A DNA stretch of 64,000 nt. Source: Octopus vulgaris. Lineage: Eukaryota. Every line of letters begins with the position of its first letter. Position 1 is the first letter of the stretch. The position numbers and the translations under genes are program-made. The stretch lies in the NCBI GenBank assembly GCA_951406725.2, contig OX597819.1, forward strand, positions 15,686,001 to 15,750,000, written 5' to 3'. The notes beneath the pieces were generated by a model. That model made no database searches and had not been told where the DNA came from. It saw only the letters and a list, made by a program, of their open reading frames with translations. Below are positions 40,761-54,479 of this stretch, piece by piece.

Positions 40761-42718
40761 TTGAAGTTTAATTGTTGAGGTTGCTTTGCTTTCATCTCAG
40801 AGGAGCTCATTGTTGATCTTCTGCTGCTATTGTCTCTGTGGCTGCTGTTGCTGTGTAATGATTTGAATTACTGTGTCTGATTGTAATAAGTGGTAGGGTT
40901 TTGTCATAAAACGTCTTATGTGATTGGATCTACAATGACACAGCCAATCAGATACCTATCCTATGACAACAATCACGTATCATACCAGTCATATGTCATG
41001 AATCACATGACCATCCAGTTATATTATCAGTTGTAGTCATTGCTTTGATTACAGACGCTACCAGGAACCCTTGTATATGTTTGCATGTTGGAATATTGTG
41101 TTGGTGATTACTAAGTTGTGTTCTTTGCTTTTAGTTAAGATCATTCAAGTTAGCCTTTTTCCATTTTAGAAGCAGATGCAAGGGATTGTTTGTTTTATTT
41201 GCTTTACATTGCAATTGGTTATATATACCTAATAAGCTAATCATTGTTTCACTGTATTTCGGATGTTGAGAGTGATTGTAACTCACTTCAGGGCAAATGT
41301 TACAATATATTTCATTCGGTTGTCCTTATTGGTTTTCTTCAGATGGTTAGATTCCTCTGATAAAAGATGCACAGATCAATACACTTGCGCATGTGCACAC
41401 ACACACACACACACTTAACTACTGACACTGCTAGAGAGTGGTACTGGTAAAAGGTGTTGAAACAACAGTAAAATTTTGTTGATGGCTGATGAAGGGAGGT
41501 TATGTGTTGTTTTTTGTCTTTTTTTCTCTTTCACTGCAAATCCATGCCTCATCTGAGTCAAAAGTCTATTCACATTCCTTGGTTTTAGCTTTTTCCTTTA
41601 ATTTCTCTGTTATCTTATTCTATAATTTTTAATGACTCTGCTACTTTCCAAAAACTCAGTTAAATGACCAAAAATTATTATCTGATAGGTATGGAAGACA
41701 AAGATAACCATATTATATGTGTGAAAGAACAAAGAGAACAACAGAGATTTAAGATCTTTGTTGTTACATACAGTTCAGCATATTTTGTTCTGGTTATCAA
41801 CAGCATAATTCGTACTTAACATAACTGGAAGCCAGCATTAGTGCGTTAGTAAACAATACTAACAAACAGAGCCAGTGAACCTTGCATCACTATATTTATT
41901 ACGCTGGTGTTTATTGTTTATGGGTGAAAGTATGGACTTGTTGAATTTATGAGTGAATGTGTGAGTGTGTATGAGTATCTCGTTCATTTGTTTGTTTTGT
42001 TCATTCATATATATATATGTCTATTAATCCATGCTGGTATGGGTTAGATGAAACTAGTTCAGACAGATTTTCTAGTATGGGACATTCTCTCTGTTGCCAA
42101 CTCTGGCTTGATTTCTAAGTAAGGAACTTTTCTTTTTTCTACTTATGGACTTCACATGTCGAAAGCTGGGTCTATGGAACTTTTGATTACCAGAGAATGT
42201 AAAGAAAGAAAACCATTTTTTTCACCCAGTATTAATGAAGACACACATAATGACGTTGATCCACATGTGTATATACACACACACACACACACACACGAGC
42301 ACTACTGGCTTATTTTCAGTTTCTGTCTACCGGTTCCATTCTTTTACTTTGTTTTACTTGTTTCAGCCACTGGACTGTGGCCATGCTGGGGTACTGCTTT
42401 CAAGGGTTGAGCCGAACAAATTGACTGCAGTTTTTTTGTTTTTGCAGAAGTGTGGTTCTATTGATTGCTTTTGCTAAACTTCTGAGTCACAAGGACATAA
42501 ACAAAATAACACTGGTTGCTAAGTGATGGCAGGAGTGCAAAGACATAAACACACTTGTGATGGTCTTCCACATTTTCCATCTGCCAACTCAACTCTCAAA
42601 ATATTGGTTGGTCCAGGCCTATAAGAGAACACTTTTGCCCAAAGTGCCTTGCAGTGAGACTGAACTCCAAACATCATATTTGCAAAGTGAGCTTCTTAAC
42701 CACAGCCATGCCTGCTTC

Positions 42719-42865
<147 letters not shown>

Positions 42866-45800
42866 TGCACACACACACTTGTATATGTAAGATATACACC
42901 ATATCTGTTTGTAAGATATCTCCGTAACATTTCCAAATGGTTCCTACCCTTCCTTAAAATACATTTAGTATTTCTGTGTGTTTTTTTTTTAATAAGAATG
43001 TGCAAATATGAACAGATTGGTAAATGTTATGTAGGTATTTTACAAGCAGACATATTGTATATCTTATATATATATATATATTATCACACACACACAGAGA
43101 TCTATGTCAGTTTAGAGGCGTATTCAGTTGTTTGATCCACTGAACTATCTCCTCATTGAATTAGTATGCAACTGGCTGTGTATTCCATGGACACATGCAC
43201 CCTTAGTGTCTGTGTCTCTCTGCCCTTTTCTGTAGTTTTTCTGCAACTACAACAGTCTCTGTCCCTTGGAGCAGCCTGCTAGTCTCCAGACATCTCCATT
43301 CAGGCACCACTTCCTACTTCTTCTCTTTTCGTCACCCATGTTATGAACCCATTTCTGCATCCCTACCAGTCACTTCACTCAGTTCTTCCTCCCTGATGTC
43401 TGGACCCTCTGAAGTTCCTTCTCTTCTCTTGTTTTTCTGTACCCATTGATTTGCAGATGGACTAGAGAAGGGAGCTGTGCCCTTGGCTGCAGCCCCTTTT
43501 TCTAGTGAAACCGAAACCTTAAAGGAAAAACAAACCAACTGAGGCACTCCTCAGCCCGACTGGAATGAACAGAGGAGACTGGTGCGATTATGATTAGGTT
43601 TATTGTGTTGTTAGTAATGCTATTGAGGAGATGAACGTGTAAGATAATAAGTGGGTCATGTGTTGCTCATTAGCAAGTTAATCAGGTAGAATATATAGGT
43701 GTTCTCTACAATGAATGACATGGCAATATCAGTTGTCAACTGTCACAAGACAGAGCAGACATACTTAGAGAGATAGATAGATAGATAGATAGATAGAGAC
43801 AGACAGACACACCCACACACACACACACAAACAAATTGCTGGAGCAAGACTCGGAAGCTTATATGATTTTAGTAAAGCCGGTTGAGGATACGGATAGCCA
43901 GGATAAAATTTAAGTTTTGTGTCAGTGTGAAGCCCTCAGGTGACCTATTTCTGGTGAGACAATGGCATGGAAGAGTTTGTAGTTCAGTCTACTTACCATT
44001 TGCTTGTTAATCTTGAGGTTTGAGCAAAACCTTTGTCAAGATTCTTTGCTTTGTGGCCTAACATCTCTCTACAAAGGAAACTAGGAATAGTTGAATGGCT
44101 TCTAAAAGCTGTACTAACCCTGTATGAAGATGGATTTTATAAGGTTAGGAGCGGCAATATGTGCCCTGAGGAATTTGGTATACACATGATGTTCAACAGT
44201 TCTTCATCTTTAACTTTCTTATTCTTTATAGTTTTCATGATGATGATGGTGATGATAATGACATGAGTTTAGGAATGTTTGTCTTTAAGTACTTTTTTGT
44301 GTTTATGATACATTTTTTTCCTTTTTATAAAAAACTTGTTGAAGAATTTAAAAAAAAATATTCTAAATGTTGAAGCAAATGCTCAAGGCAGTATCTGGCT
44401 TGAATGCTTGCCAATCAGGGACTAGGCAGTGATGGTAAACTGGGAAAAGTCTACCACCCGACTACCTTAAGGCGTCTTGCCTGTTGTGTGTGAGATCATC
44501 ATCATTTAAATATCCAATTTTCTGAGTTTGCATGGGTCAGATGGAATTCTTCTGCTGAATGCTCTTCTTGTTGCTTACTCTCACCTATTTCCAAACAAAG
44601 TACTATTTCTCCATGGTCAGACATGCTTTTCATGAACGAATTAAAATAATGATGATGATGATGATACAAATTTACTGATAAAATAAAGCTTCTGTCTGAC
44701 ATCAGAAAAACATAAGCATTGAATTGGCAAAGTTGTTAGAACATTGGCTGAAATGCCTCACAGTATGTCTTCTAACTTTGGCAGCCTGAGTTCAAATCCC
44801 GCTGAGGGTAACTTTACTTTTCAGGCATTTGGAGTCAATTAAAGTTACTAATCCAGGACAGTGGCTTAGTGAAACTGTAAGAACATAAGCTTAGATTCCT
44901 TGCATTATTTATTGTGGCTCTTTGTGTTGTGAGTTCAAAATCCTGCCAAAGCTTATTGGGTTGGTGGACTTAACCCACTACCTAGTATAAGACCACTCTT
45001 CGTCCCTTGAGTGCCTTTAACAGATCCTACTCTGTTGCATGGACCAGGTCTCTAGTTTAAGGATAATTTCTTCCCTCTTGAAAGTCATGGAGGTTTTGTA
45101 AAGAGTCTTGGGCCTTCCTTAAGGATAAAAAGATTAACAAAATAATGTAGGATGTGAGTGGCGGAGAGGGAATGAACAAGAATCTTGTTTATATCAAGTT
45201 TACTTCTGATCCAGTCAACCTGTGATCTAAAGTATTCCATCTGTGATTTCCTGACTCATTCAGGCATAGACTACCTGGGACCACATTATTCAGTGTTGAT
45301 TTTTTAAAAAGAGAGTAAGACATGATTTGAGGGAGATTTAGCTATTATTTCTACAAATCTTTTGACCATATAAAAACATCAGTGGTTGAGGTCTGTTTTT
45401 CTAGAGAAGCTCCCTAAGTTGTTTGACAAATTGCTTTAGTTGTTATTGTTGTTGTTGATTGGTCCTCACCCAGCAGACTGATAAGGAAGGCTGTTCCTGT
45501 CTTGGCCATTCAATATTTCTTTGTTACCCAGGACATTCTTCATTACTGAAAAATGATTCTTTCCCTTTTCAGATGATAGGGTGTTATTTCTAGCATAGAG
45601 GCTTCTTTGGTCAATAATTGTTGTTCTAGGAGATTCAGTTGTTTGTTTGACAAAATTATCTAGTAATCCATCTGGGCATGAATTGAACCAGCATCTCTGA
45701 ATTACCATCTGTCCTACTTATAATCTTCCCTGAGGGAGCTTGTAAGTGGTCACTCAACCTGCTAGATACAGCAGTCAAATCGAGTAACACTGAATCTTAA

Positions 45801-48071
45801 AATATTAAAGACACATAGGATAATGTAGGCTTAGATAGACTTTTCCCTGAACAAAAGATGGGCTGGTTTGACAAGTAACCTTTCAATTACAGGTTTACTG
45901 GTTCAAGGCTGGCCTCGACTTAAACGGCATAGTTTCTTGTTTCCATGTCTTTAATTTCTTGTGTGTGTGTGTGTAGGTGTGTGATGGCAGTGTATGTATA
46001 TGTGTGCTGCGTGTGTGTGTAGATAAAATAAAGTTACATTAGTTCAAAATAGTTCTTACTAAATATACTTAATATTTAGTTCCTTGGTACTTCCTTTTTC
46101 TTCACCACCGCCACCACCACCACATTCACCCATCGTCATCATCATCATCACCATCTTTGTTCATTCTTCCCTGGCGTTAGATAGATCTAAACATTCAAAT
46201 GATAACTGTTAAGCACACATCAGAGGAAATTCAAGTTATCTGGTTTAACTTGACAAAGTTCCATTATTTGTTCGACAAGTTATTCCTAGGAAACCAGTTC
46301 AAGCAAGTATTTCATGAATATTTATCGGGTCTAAATTTCGCTACATCCTTGAAAGACCAAACAGAATTTTAGAGTTATCCATTCTTCATCTAAAATTTAT
46401 GCATGAATGTGTACATCACCATCATCATCATCATTGAATGTGTTGAGGCAGATTTCTTGTGTCCAGATGCTGTTCCTGTTGTCAGCCTTCATCTGTTTCT
46501 AAGCAACATAATATTTTCCCTTTGATCTGACATGTTTTTCATGGAAACTGGAAATGAACAACCTTGCGTGTATGACAATGGTGTTCATTGGCGACCATCA
46601 CTTGATGTCTAGATAAGCTACATGTGACCACATACATACACACACACACGTTTAGATAATTTTAAAATAGGAAGTTTTGTAACATAGAACTTGGGGGTAA
46701 TTTCAGGTGCAGGTGGGGGGTATCAAAAGGGTTAAATGACACCCTACCATCTTCAGAGAAATACACATTGGATAATGTAGTTGTAGATACATTGTGTCTG
46801 AAGCAAAAGGATGAGATGGTCACAGTTGGAATGCCTTTGAACATAAATTTGCTAGATCAAGACTTATTGATGGCTGAATATCAACAGAAAGCAATTTTTT
46901 AATAAATTCTTTAATTATTCTATTTACTTTTGCTCATGTAACCATTGATGGTGGTTGCTGTTTAAGCTCAAGCCAGCTCTGATTAAACAAAACTATGACC
47001 AAGAGCTTTTCTGCCATGACCATCCCACCCTTTTCCAGACACAGTGTATCTAGGATTGCATTATCCAACATGTCCTTTCTTCAAGATGATAGTGTTGTTT
47101 CTAGCTGGTAGAGGGTTATGGAGAAAACTCCCTCATCACACACTGTAACTTTCTCTCTCTGACCATGTTCTAAGAAACCCATTTCTTTACTACACACAAG
47201 GGGCTGCACACAGAGGGGACAAACAAGGAGAGACAAACGGATTAAGTCAATTACATCGACTCCAGTGCGTAACTGGTACTTAATTTATCGACCCCGAAAG
47301 GATGAAAGGCAAAGTCAACCTCGGCAGAATTTGAACTCAGAACATAATGGCAGATGAAATACCTATTTCTTTATTACCCACAAGGGGATAAACATAGAAG
47401 GGACAAACAAGGACAGACATAGGTATTAAGTCGATTACATCGACCCCAGTGCGTAACTGGTACTTAATTTATCGACCCTGAAAGGATGAAAGGCAAAGTC
47501 GACCTCAGCGGAATTTGAACTCAGAACGTAGCGACAGATGAAATACCGCTATGCATTTTGCCTGGCGTGCTAACATTTCTGCCAGCTCGCCGCCTTTTCT
47601 AAGAAACCTGTTGACCAATGAAGGAACCACTGACTCCATTCCACTACAAAAGTGGAATCAACAGTTTTGGTGTGTTTGTGAATGGCCTGTAAGCATCTTC
47701 CACGCTGAAATTGCTTTAGTTCCAATGCACAGTTTCAGATCAAATCTCTTGTCAGGCAACTACAGTTCTAATATTCAAGAGAAGTCTTTTTTAATTAAAA
47801 CTTTACTACAGGTCTTATTTACTTATTCTTTACATACGCCTCATTCTAAGCTAATCCAGGCCCACTAAAATAACTCCATACCCTTTGATTGTTGTTTTAT
47901 ATTCATGGCTGGCTAACAGTATACAATGTCAGTTGTTGGTGTTACATTGTAGGGTTCTATATGTTAGGTAAGAGTATGTGTTGTATTTTTTTATTGGGTG
48001 GAGATTTTGTTGAGTACACGGTGTGCAAGTTGTGTTAATGTTTTGGGTAGTTCGTGTATAAGGTGTATATA

Positions 48072-48275
48072 TTAGGTTGGTGCATAATTATTGTGACTTT
48101 TTTTCAATAAAGTTTATTCAACAAAAAATTTAAAGAAAATGCCAAGCAGAAATTGAAGTAGATGGTGAATATGCTCCAGAATAATCATTTAAAGATGTTT
48201 TTGTTAAATGGTGTTATTGTTTTTGTTGAATAAAATTTATTGGAAAAAGCCACAATAATTATGCACCAAGCCTTA
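48072..48275. mobile_element. Mariner-derived MITE
   Basis: TA-TTAGGTTGGTGCATAATTATTGTG..TTTATTCAACAAAA with the inverted copy TTTTGTTGAATAAA..CACAATAATTATGCACCAA. The TIR start resembles Hsmar1/MADE1 (TTAGGTTGGTGCA). Confidence 0.8.
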
Positions 48276-48309
48276 TATATACACACACACATGTGTGTGT
48301 TTGTGTGTA

Positions 48310-48800
48310 GTGTGCGAGCTGTTTGAATTGAAAGTGTGTTGCGTATGATATAGGCTGTGCCTTGCAAGGCTGTCTTTTGGACTGTATGTAATTTTTTTAT
48401 TATCATTCCTCGTTCTCTAATTATCGATAGTGTTTCCGCTTTCATGTTCTACATCCTGTTTCATTTAGTTTGAAGTTCCTTGTACATCAATAGTTTTTCC
48501 ACCTCCTCCTGGGCAACGTTCTGCTCAGATGGGATCGAGATGGTTATCAGAATATAACACATTTTTGTTCTAGTCCTTGATAATATATTTAGACAGTTTC
48601 CAATGATTTCCTTGTTAGTCTAGTCACGTCTGATTCAAATGACTTTGGCCATCTTATCATTGTATATCATGCTTGGTTCATGTTTGTACCACTTTTTGTC
48701 TAATTTCAAGTTGAAGTGTCACCATATTGTCCAGTGGACTTAGCTGCCAACTTGATTTTGTCCATAAATATTCTTGAATTTGATAAGGGTCAAGCAACTA
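48310..48800 (-). mobile_element. Decayed R4-like (RLE-type) LINE C-terminal fragment
   Basis: KKWYKHEP...IPSEQNV...EKL..YKEL...VQKTALQGTAYIIRNTL resembles the R4-clade C-terminus (QKA.LLGTA.I.R..L). Confidence 0.6.
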
Positions 48801-49915
48801 GAAATGCTATTGTCATTTTTACTCTTTTACTTGTTTCAGTCATTTGACTGCGGCCATGCTGGAGCACCGCCTTTAGTCGAGCAAATCGACCCCGGGACTT
48901 ATTCTTTTGTAAGCCCAGTACTTATTCTATCGGTCTCTTTTGCCGAACCGCTAAGTGACGGGAACGTAAACACACCAGCATCGGTTGTCAAGCAATGCTA
49001 GGGGAACAAACACACATACACACACATATATATATATGTACATATATACGGCAGGCTTCTTTCAGTTTCCGTCTGCTGTTGTCACTTTTCTCATTGCACT
49101 TCCTAATTGTTGTAATAATTATTTGTAATTATTTGGGACTAGACATTGGTCTTGTGCAATAAAAATAAAACTTTTCACTCAGAGCTTTTAGTCCTCGTTG
49201 GTTTTATTCTAGCTTATTTCTGTATTGTGTTTTGTTATTAAGGTGGTAGACAGTAGACTATAAGATGTTGTAATGGTACAATGGTCTGGGTAGGTAATTG
49301 TGGAGGTGTTTGTGTGATTGTGATGGGGGGTTGTGGTGAAAGGAGGAGGAGGAGGAGGAGGTACATAATCTGAACAGAACGATTGATTAATGAACATTGA
49401 ACTGATTAATATAATTGAACTCTGGCAAAACAATGGGCTTGTCCTTGCACTATTTGCTCCAATAATCTTCTCATGTCAGTATCAGTTGGATTTCTTCTTT
49501 TGTTTTCAATTATCTAATAAAAGCTGTCTCCTCTGTCTCTGCACTGGTTGCGTGTGTGTGTGTGTGTGTGTGAGTGTACTATATCTGTGTATGTGTGTAT
49601 GTATGTATGTATGTGTGTGTGTAATTCTGTGTGTTCCTGTGTAAAGAGTATTATTGTTGTTTAGCCTGAGGTCAATTCTGATCCAGTAGAACTATAATCA
49701 AGGGCATTCCAACCATGAACATCCATCAGTTTTTGTTTTTGTCAGACATAGTGTATCTAGGGATACCTTATTTAATGTGTCCTTCTAGTTTTATAAGTTG
49801 GTAGTGTGATCTGGTTGCCACCTCTGTCAAGTGGAGACCTCACAGATGATTAAATACCATCTTTAGACTTGGTGGAAGGATTTTAAAGGAATGTTCCATC
49901 AATGTTTTATAATAT

Positions 49916-50215
49916 ACTAGCAGTATTACCCGGTGTTGCTCGGGTTTGTTTCAACCCTTTAGAATTGGAATTTTTGAAAAGTAAAAATTTTGCATTATGT
50001 AGCTTGTTATTCTCTTTAAGTGAACATTTAATAATTTTTGGTGTTAACATGGTCTGATTTGAATTTTTTCTTCTATGGAAGGAAGAGCAAGCCTTCTTCT
50101 ATCATACTCTCAATTTTGGTGAACTTGTGCCGCAGGGTCTCGGAGGAGATAGTGTTAGTTGAAGGCTACCAAACCTGCCATACACAGACAATTTCAGCTT
50201 TATATATAGAGAGAT
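49916..50215 (+). mobile_element. Non-autonomous Helitron-like element
   Basis: ACTAGCAGTATTACCCGGTGTTGCTCGGGT start with small hairpin; end ACAGACAATTTCAGCTTTATATATAGA. Confidence 0.5.
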
Positions 50216-50419
50216 TGAAAGAGGTGTGTGTATATGTATGTATGTGTATGTATATATGCACACACACGTCTTTCTGTAGAAGAAAAGTTTAGGCACGAAA
50301 CATCAGAAACGTTTTCCATTTTTCCTGAGTGTCAAACTAAGAAGCCTTGTTTGTTGTTCCCTTACCTGTCTCTTTCTTTTGTTTTTTGTATAATTTTGAA
50401 CCATATATATATATATAAT

Positions 50420-51139
50420 AATGATGATGATGATCATCATCATCATTTAAATGCTTGTTGTCCATGCTGGCATGGGTTTGACCAGGGCTGGCAAGCTGGG
50501 AGGCTGCACCAGACTCCAGTTTCTATGGCTGGAAGCCCTTCCTAACACCAACCACTCTGAGAGCGTAATGAGTGCCACCAGCATGTCACCGGCATCTGCC
50601 ACAACTGCAATTTTGCTCAGCTTGATGGGTCTTTTTCTCAAGTACAACATAATGCCAAAGGCCTTGGTCATTGCCTCTGTGAGGCCCAACACTTGATTAG
50701 TAGCTCAGCCACTTTGTTTCCACGAGGCCCAACGCTTTAAAGTGCTTTTTATGTGCTACCAGCATGGGTGCTAGTTACATGACACCAGCATCAGCCACGA
50801 CTACAAATTCACTTGGTTTGGCGGGTCTTCTCAAGCGCAGCATATTGCCAAAGGCCTCAGTCACTAGTCATAATGAGACCCAAAGTTCAAAGGTCATGCT
50901 TCACCACCTCATCCCATGTCTTCCTGTGTCTACCTCTACCACAGGTTCCTTCCACAGTTAGAGTTCGGCACTTCTTTACACAGTTGTCCTTGTCTGTACG
51001 CACCACATGACTATACCAGTACAGTTGTCTCTCTTGCACACCACATCTGATGCCTCTTATGCCCAACCTTTCTCTCAAGATGCTTACACTCTGTCAAACA
51101 TACACAGTGACATTGCACATCCAGCGAAGCATACTGGTG

Positions 51140-51140
<1 letters not shown>
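50420..51140 (-). mobile_element. 5'-truncated RTE LINE: ORF C-terminus, 3'UTR and (GAT)n tail
   Basis: LRERLGIRGIRCGVQERQLYWYSHVVRTDKDNCVKKCRTLTVEGTCGRGRHRKTWDEVVKHDL followed directly by family C sequence. Confidence 0.85.
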
Positions 51141-51175
<35 letters not shown>

Positions 51176-51430
51176 CTTCTGGCACTTTCATCTCACCTCT
51201 GCTTCCTCTAGATTTACATCTGGCATTTTTGATAGTGTTTGATGTAAGATAATCTCATAAGAAGGTAATCTCTTGTAAATATTTTTTGCTGACTACAGAA
51301 GAGATGATGCAGCTTTTACATCAGTTTATATTATCAAACCATTGGTGTTTCTAAGATATTTAATAAATGCCTTTTGTATAGGCATCAGGTTTTGCCTAAA
51401 ATGTAAAGTGATACAGGTACAGGTCTAACT

Positions 51431-51788
51431 GTGTCTGGTTGAAGAAAGGTGAAAGGTGTCTGGCTGAAGAAAGGTGTCTGGCTGAAGAAAGGTGTCTCGT
51501 TGAAGAAAGGTGAAAGGTGTCTGGCTGAAGAAAGGTGTCTCGTTGAAGAAAGGTGAAAGGTGTCTGGCTGAAGAAAGGTGTCTGGCTGAAGACAGGTAAA
51601 AGGTGTCTGGCTGAAGACAGGTAAAAGGTGTCTTGTTGAAGAAAGGTAAAAGGTGTCTGGCTGAAGACAGGTAAAAGGTGTCTGGCTGAAGACAGGTAAA
51701 AGGTGTCTGGTTGAAGAAAGGTAAAATGTGTCTGGCTGAAGACAGGTAAAAGGTGTCTGGTTGAAGAAAGGTAAAATGTGTCTGGCTG
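51431..51788. repeat. Composite minisatellite of 25-bp and 18-bp units
   Basis: GGTGTCTGGCTGAAGACAGGTAAAA and GGTGTCTGGCTGAAGAAA units with variants. Confidence 0.9.
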
Positions 51789-53437
51789 ATGAAACCTTTA
51801 GTATTCATTGCATTGATCCTGGAAGCATAATATTACCTCGCCTCAAGTTACTGTGTTAACATGGGTGGTGGATTGGTAACCAACTCAGCACACACATTTA
51901 ATCACCGGCCTGCTTTGCCAGACACAGTCTGGGACTAAACAACAGCCTCATGGTGACACATTTCATGAAAGCACTCCAGAGTTAGATATAGCAACCAAAT
52001 CTTGCACAAATCATGTCCTTCTGGTTTCTAAGACACTTTGTATCATGCACTTCTAGTTATGCTGTTTATGTTTGAAAAAATGATGGGATAGGCATGGCTG
52101 GAATGTTTTTCATTATTTCTTCTAGAGCAGAGTTGACCTAGAGTTAAAAAACATATCTTAGAATACCATGGTACTCCAGAACATAATGGTACCCCAGAAC
52201 ATAATGGTACCCCAGATAACTTGTTTCTTTACTACCCACAAGGGGCTAAACACATAGAGGACAAACAAGGACAGACAAATGGATTAAGTCGATTATATCA
52301 ACCCCAGTGCGTAACTGGTACTTATTTAATCGACCCCGAAAGGATGAAAGGCAAAGTCGACCTTGGCGGAATTTGAACTCAGAACGTAATGGCAGACGAA
52401 ATACGCTACACATTTCGCCCGGAGTGCTAACGTTTCTACCACAGTGTGCCTCACCATACTGTTTCTACTTTGTACAGTTTTAGTACCCCTGTTCTGTGAG
52501 GCACCCCAGAACTCAGTGGTATCACTATGTTCTTGGGTAGACTGGTTAAAGATCGTTGAAAGATATTTTATTAAGTATACCCCACCTCACATCTAAGCAG
52601 AAACCTCTACCTATCTTTTTCTTGCTGTAATCCACAGGTATGTCAGATATAAATGATACCCAATACCTTTATTTATATATATACAGAGAAAGAGAGAGAT
52701 AGAGAGAAATTCAGATATTTTAAAAAGAACTTTTTATATATTTAAATGTCTTCAGTTCAATGTTCCTTTAAATACTTGTAAGTGTGTGCATGCGTGCGTG
52801 CGTGTGTGTACATATACTGAAATATCTGGTCTAACAACAAGCAATTCTGCTGTGAATTAGGGCATAACTATCTTACATATCACAAATGCTAAGCTCTATA
52901 GTCAAAGGTAAAGAAATTTAACTGCTCTTTGCTGTCTTTTTCTTTTCTTACCCTGAGAGGACATAAGGACGAAAGAAAGGAAGAAGGATACACAGAAAAA
53001 TAATAAAAATTCATATATTTAAAAAAAAAAATTAAACACATTTTTATTATTTGTTGGTCTTAAGTGTGTTTTTTTTTCTTTTGCATAATTTTTTTTTTAT
53101 TTCTTAAATATTTTATGCTAGTGTTTCTAAACATATGAGGGTTGGTTTGTGTCTTAACTTGTGACCGTGTCTTTTCTATAGTATGTGTATGTGTGTGCGT
53201 GTGTCTGTGGATGGGATTGGTTGATGTGGTTTCTGTGCGTATGAATGTCTATTTAAATGTTCAACAAATAATAAATATGTGTGGGCATTTGCATTGTTTT
53301 AAATATGTGCATGTGTGTGTGTGTTTATATGGGTGTGGTGTAATGTTTCTTTTGTGGTATGTCATGCATTCATGGGTAATGTTCGAATGTTTAGTGTAAA
53401 ACACACATTTATATATCTATGCACACAAATATGATAT

Positions 53438-53495
<58 letters not shown>

Positions 53496-53631
53496 AAATT
53501 CCAGTTGACCCATGCAGGCATGGACAAGTGGGTGTTTAAATGGTCACACACAGACACACACACACACACACACACACACACGTACTTTGTTAATAAAGCT
53601 GCAAAAGACATCACAAAAAACTGTTACTCAG

Positions 53632-53694
<63 letters not shown>

Positions 53695-53706
53695 ATGTAT
53701 ATATAT

Positions 53707-54086
53707 AAAATCAAAATAAGCAACAGGATATCCAGAGGTAATGCAGTACGATCGTTTCAAGCGACTCCATTTAATTGAACAGTGCAACCATTACATCAAT
53801 TTAAATGCAGAGCAATCCTCAGCTGCACAAAGACATAGAATTAAATTAAATTAAAACAGATGGACACATTAGTATATTTTTACCTAAAACCTCCAAGAAG
53901 TTAAGGAGATAGACCAGGAACATGCTGTCTTCACTTCAGCTTAGAAGCTACTAAGCTTCTAAGCCTCTGGATATCCTGTTGCCTATTTTGATTTTAATCA
54001 CCTTATTTTGAAATTGTATGGATAATACCATACTAAATTCTGGTGCCTCAACTTAAATACCTAATTCATCTGAATCTAAATTTTTG

Positions 54087-54087
<1 letters not shown>
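53707..54087 (-). mobile_element. Penelope-like remnant (family H2) with hammerhead-like motif and an inverted segment
   Basis: tgcag-CTGAGGA-(long stem)-GAAA-cgatcg-TA-ctgca at 53742-53827; 53707-53737 inverted at ~53964-53995; TA runs on both sides. Confidence 0.6.
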
Positions 54088-54124
<37 letters not shown>

Positions 54125-54445
54125 GTAAAAATGTGCTTTATAGCTTGGTGATTTCATTAGTTTTGTATTATGATCTCTGACATAAAAATACTTTACTTGA
54201 CAAACAGATAAAGGTCAGTGAAAGGCAAGGCATCTGGGACCAGTAAATTTTGTCTCACCTAGGTTGGCATGGAAGAAGGCAAATATACAAACACTGGTGA
54301 TGACGGTAATGATGATGTGTGTATGTCATCATCATTATTTTTACTACTGCTTGTCCATGCTTGCATAGGTTGGCCGGGACCTTTTGCAGTAGTGTTTCAC
54401 AGCTGAATGCCTTTTCTGGTGCTAACTCTCTTAGTCACCCCATAT

Positions 54446-54479
<34 letters not shown>

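Noticed and set aside
52950-52975. Hammerhead-like CTGAGAG..GACGAAA
   Set aside because: The core is one base short and stem II does not pair.
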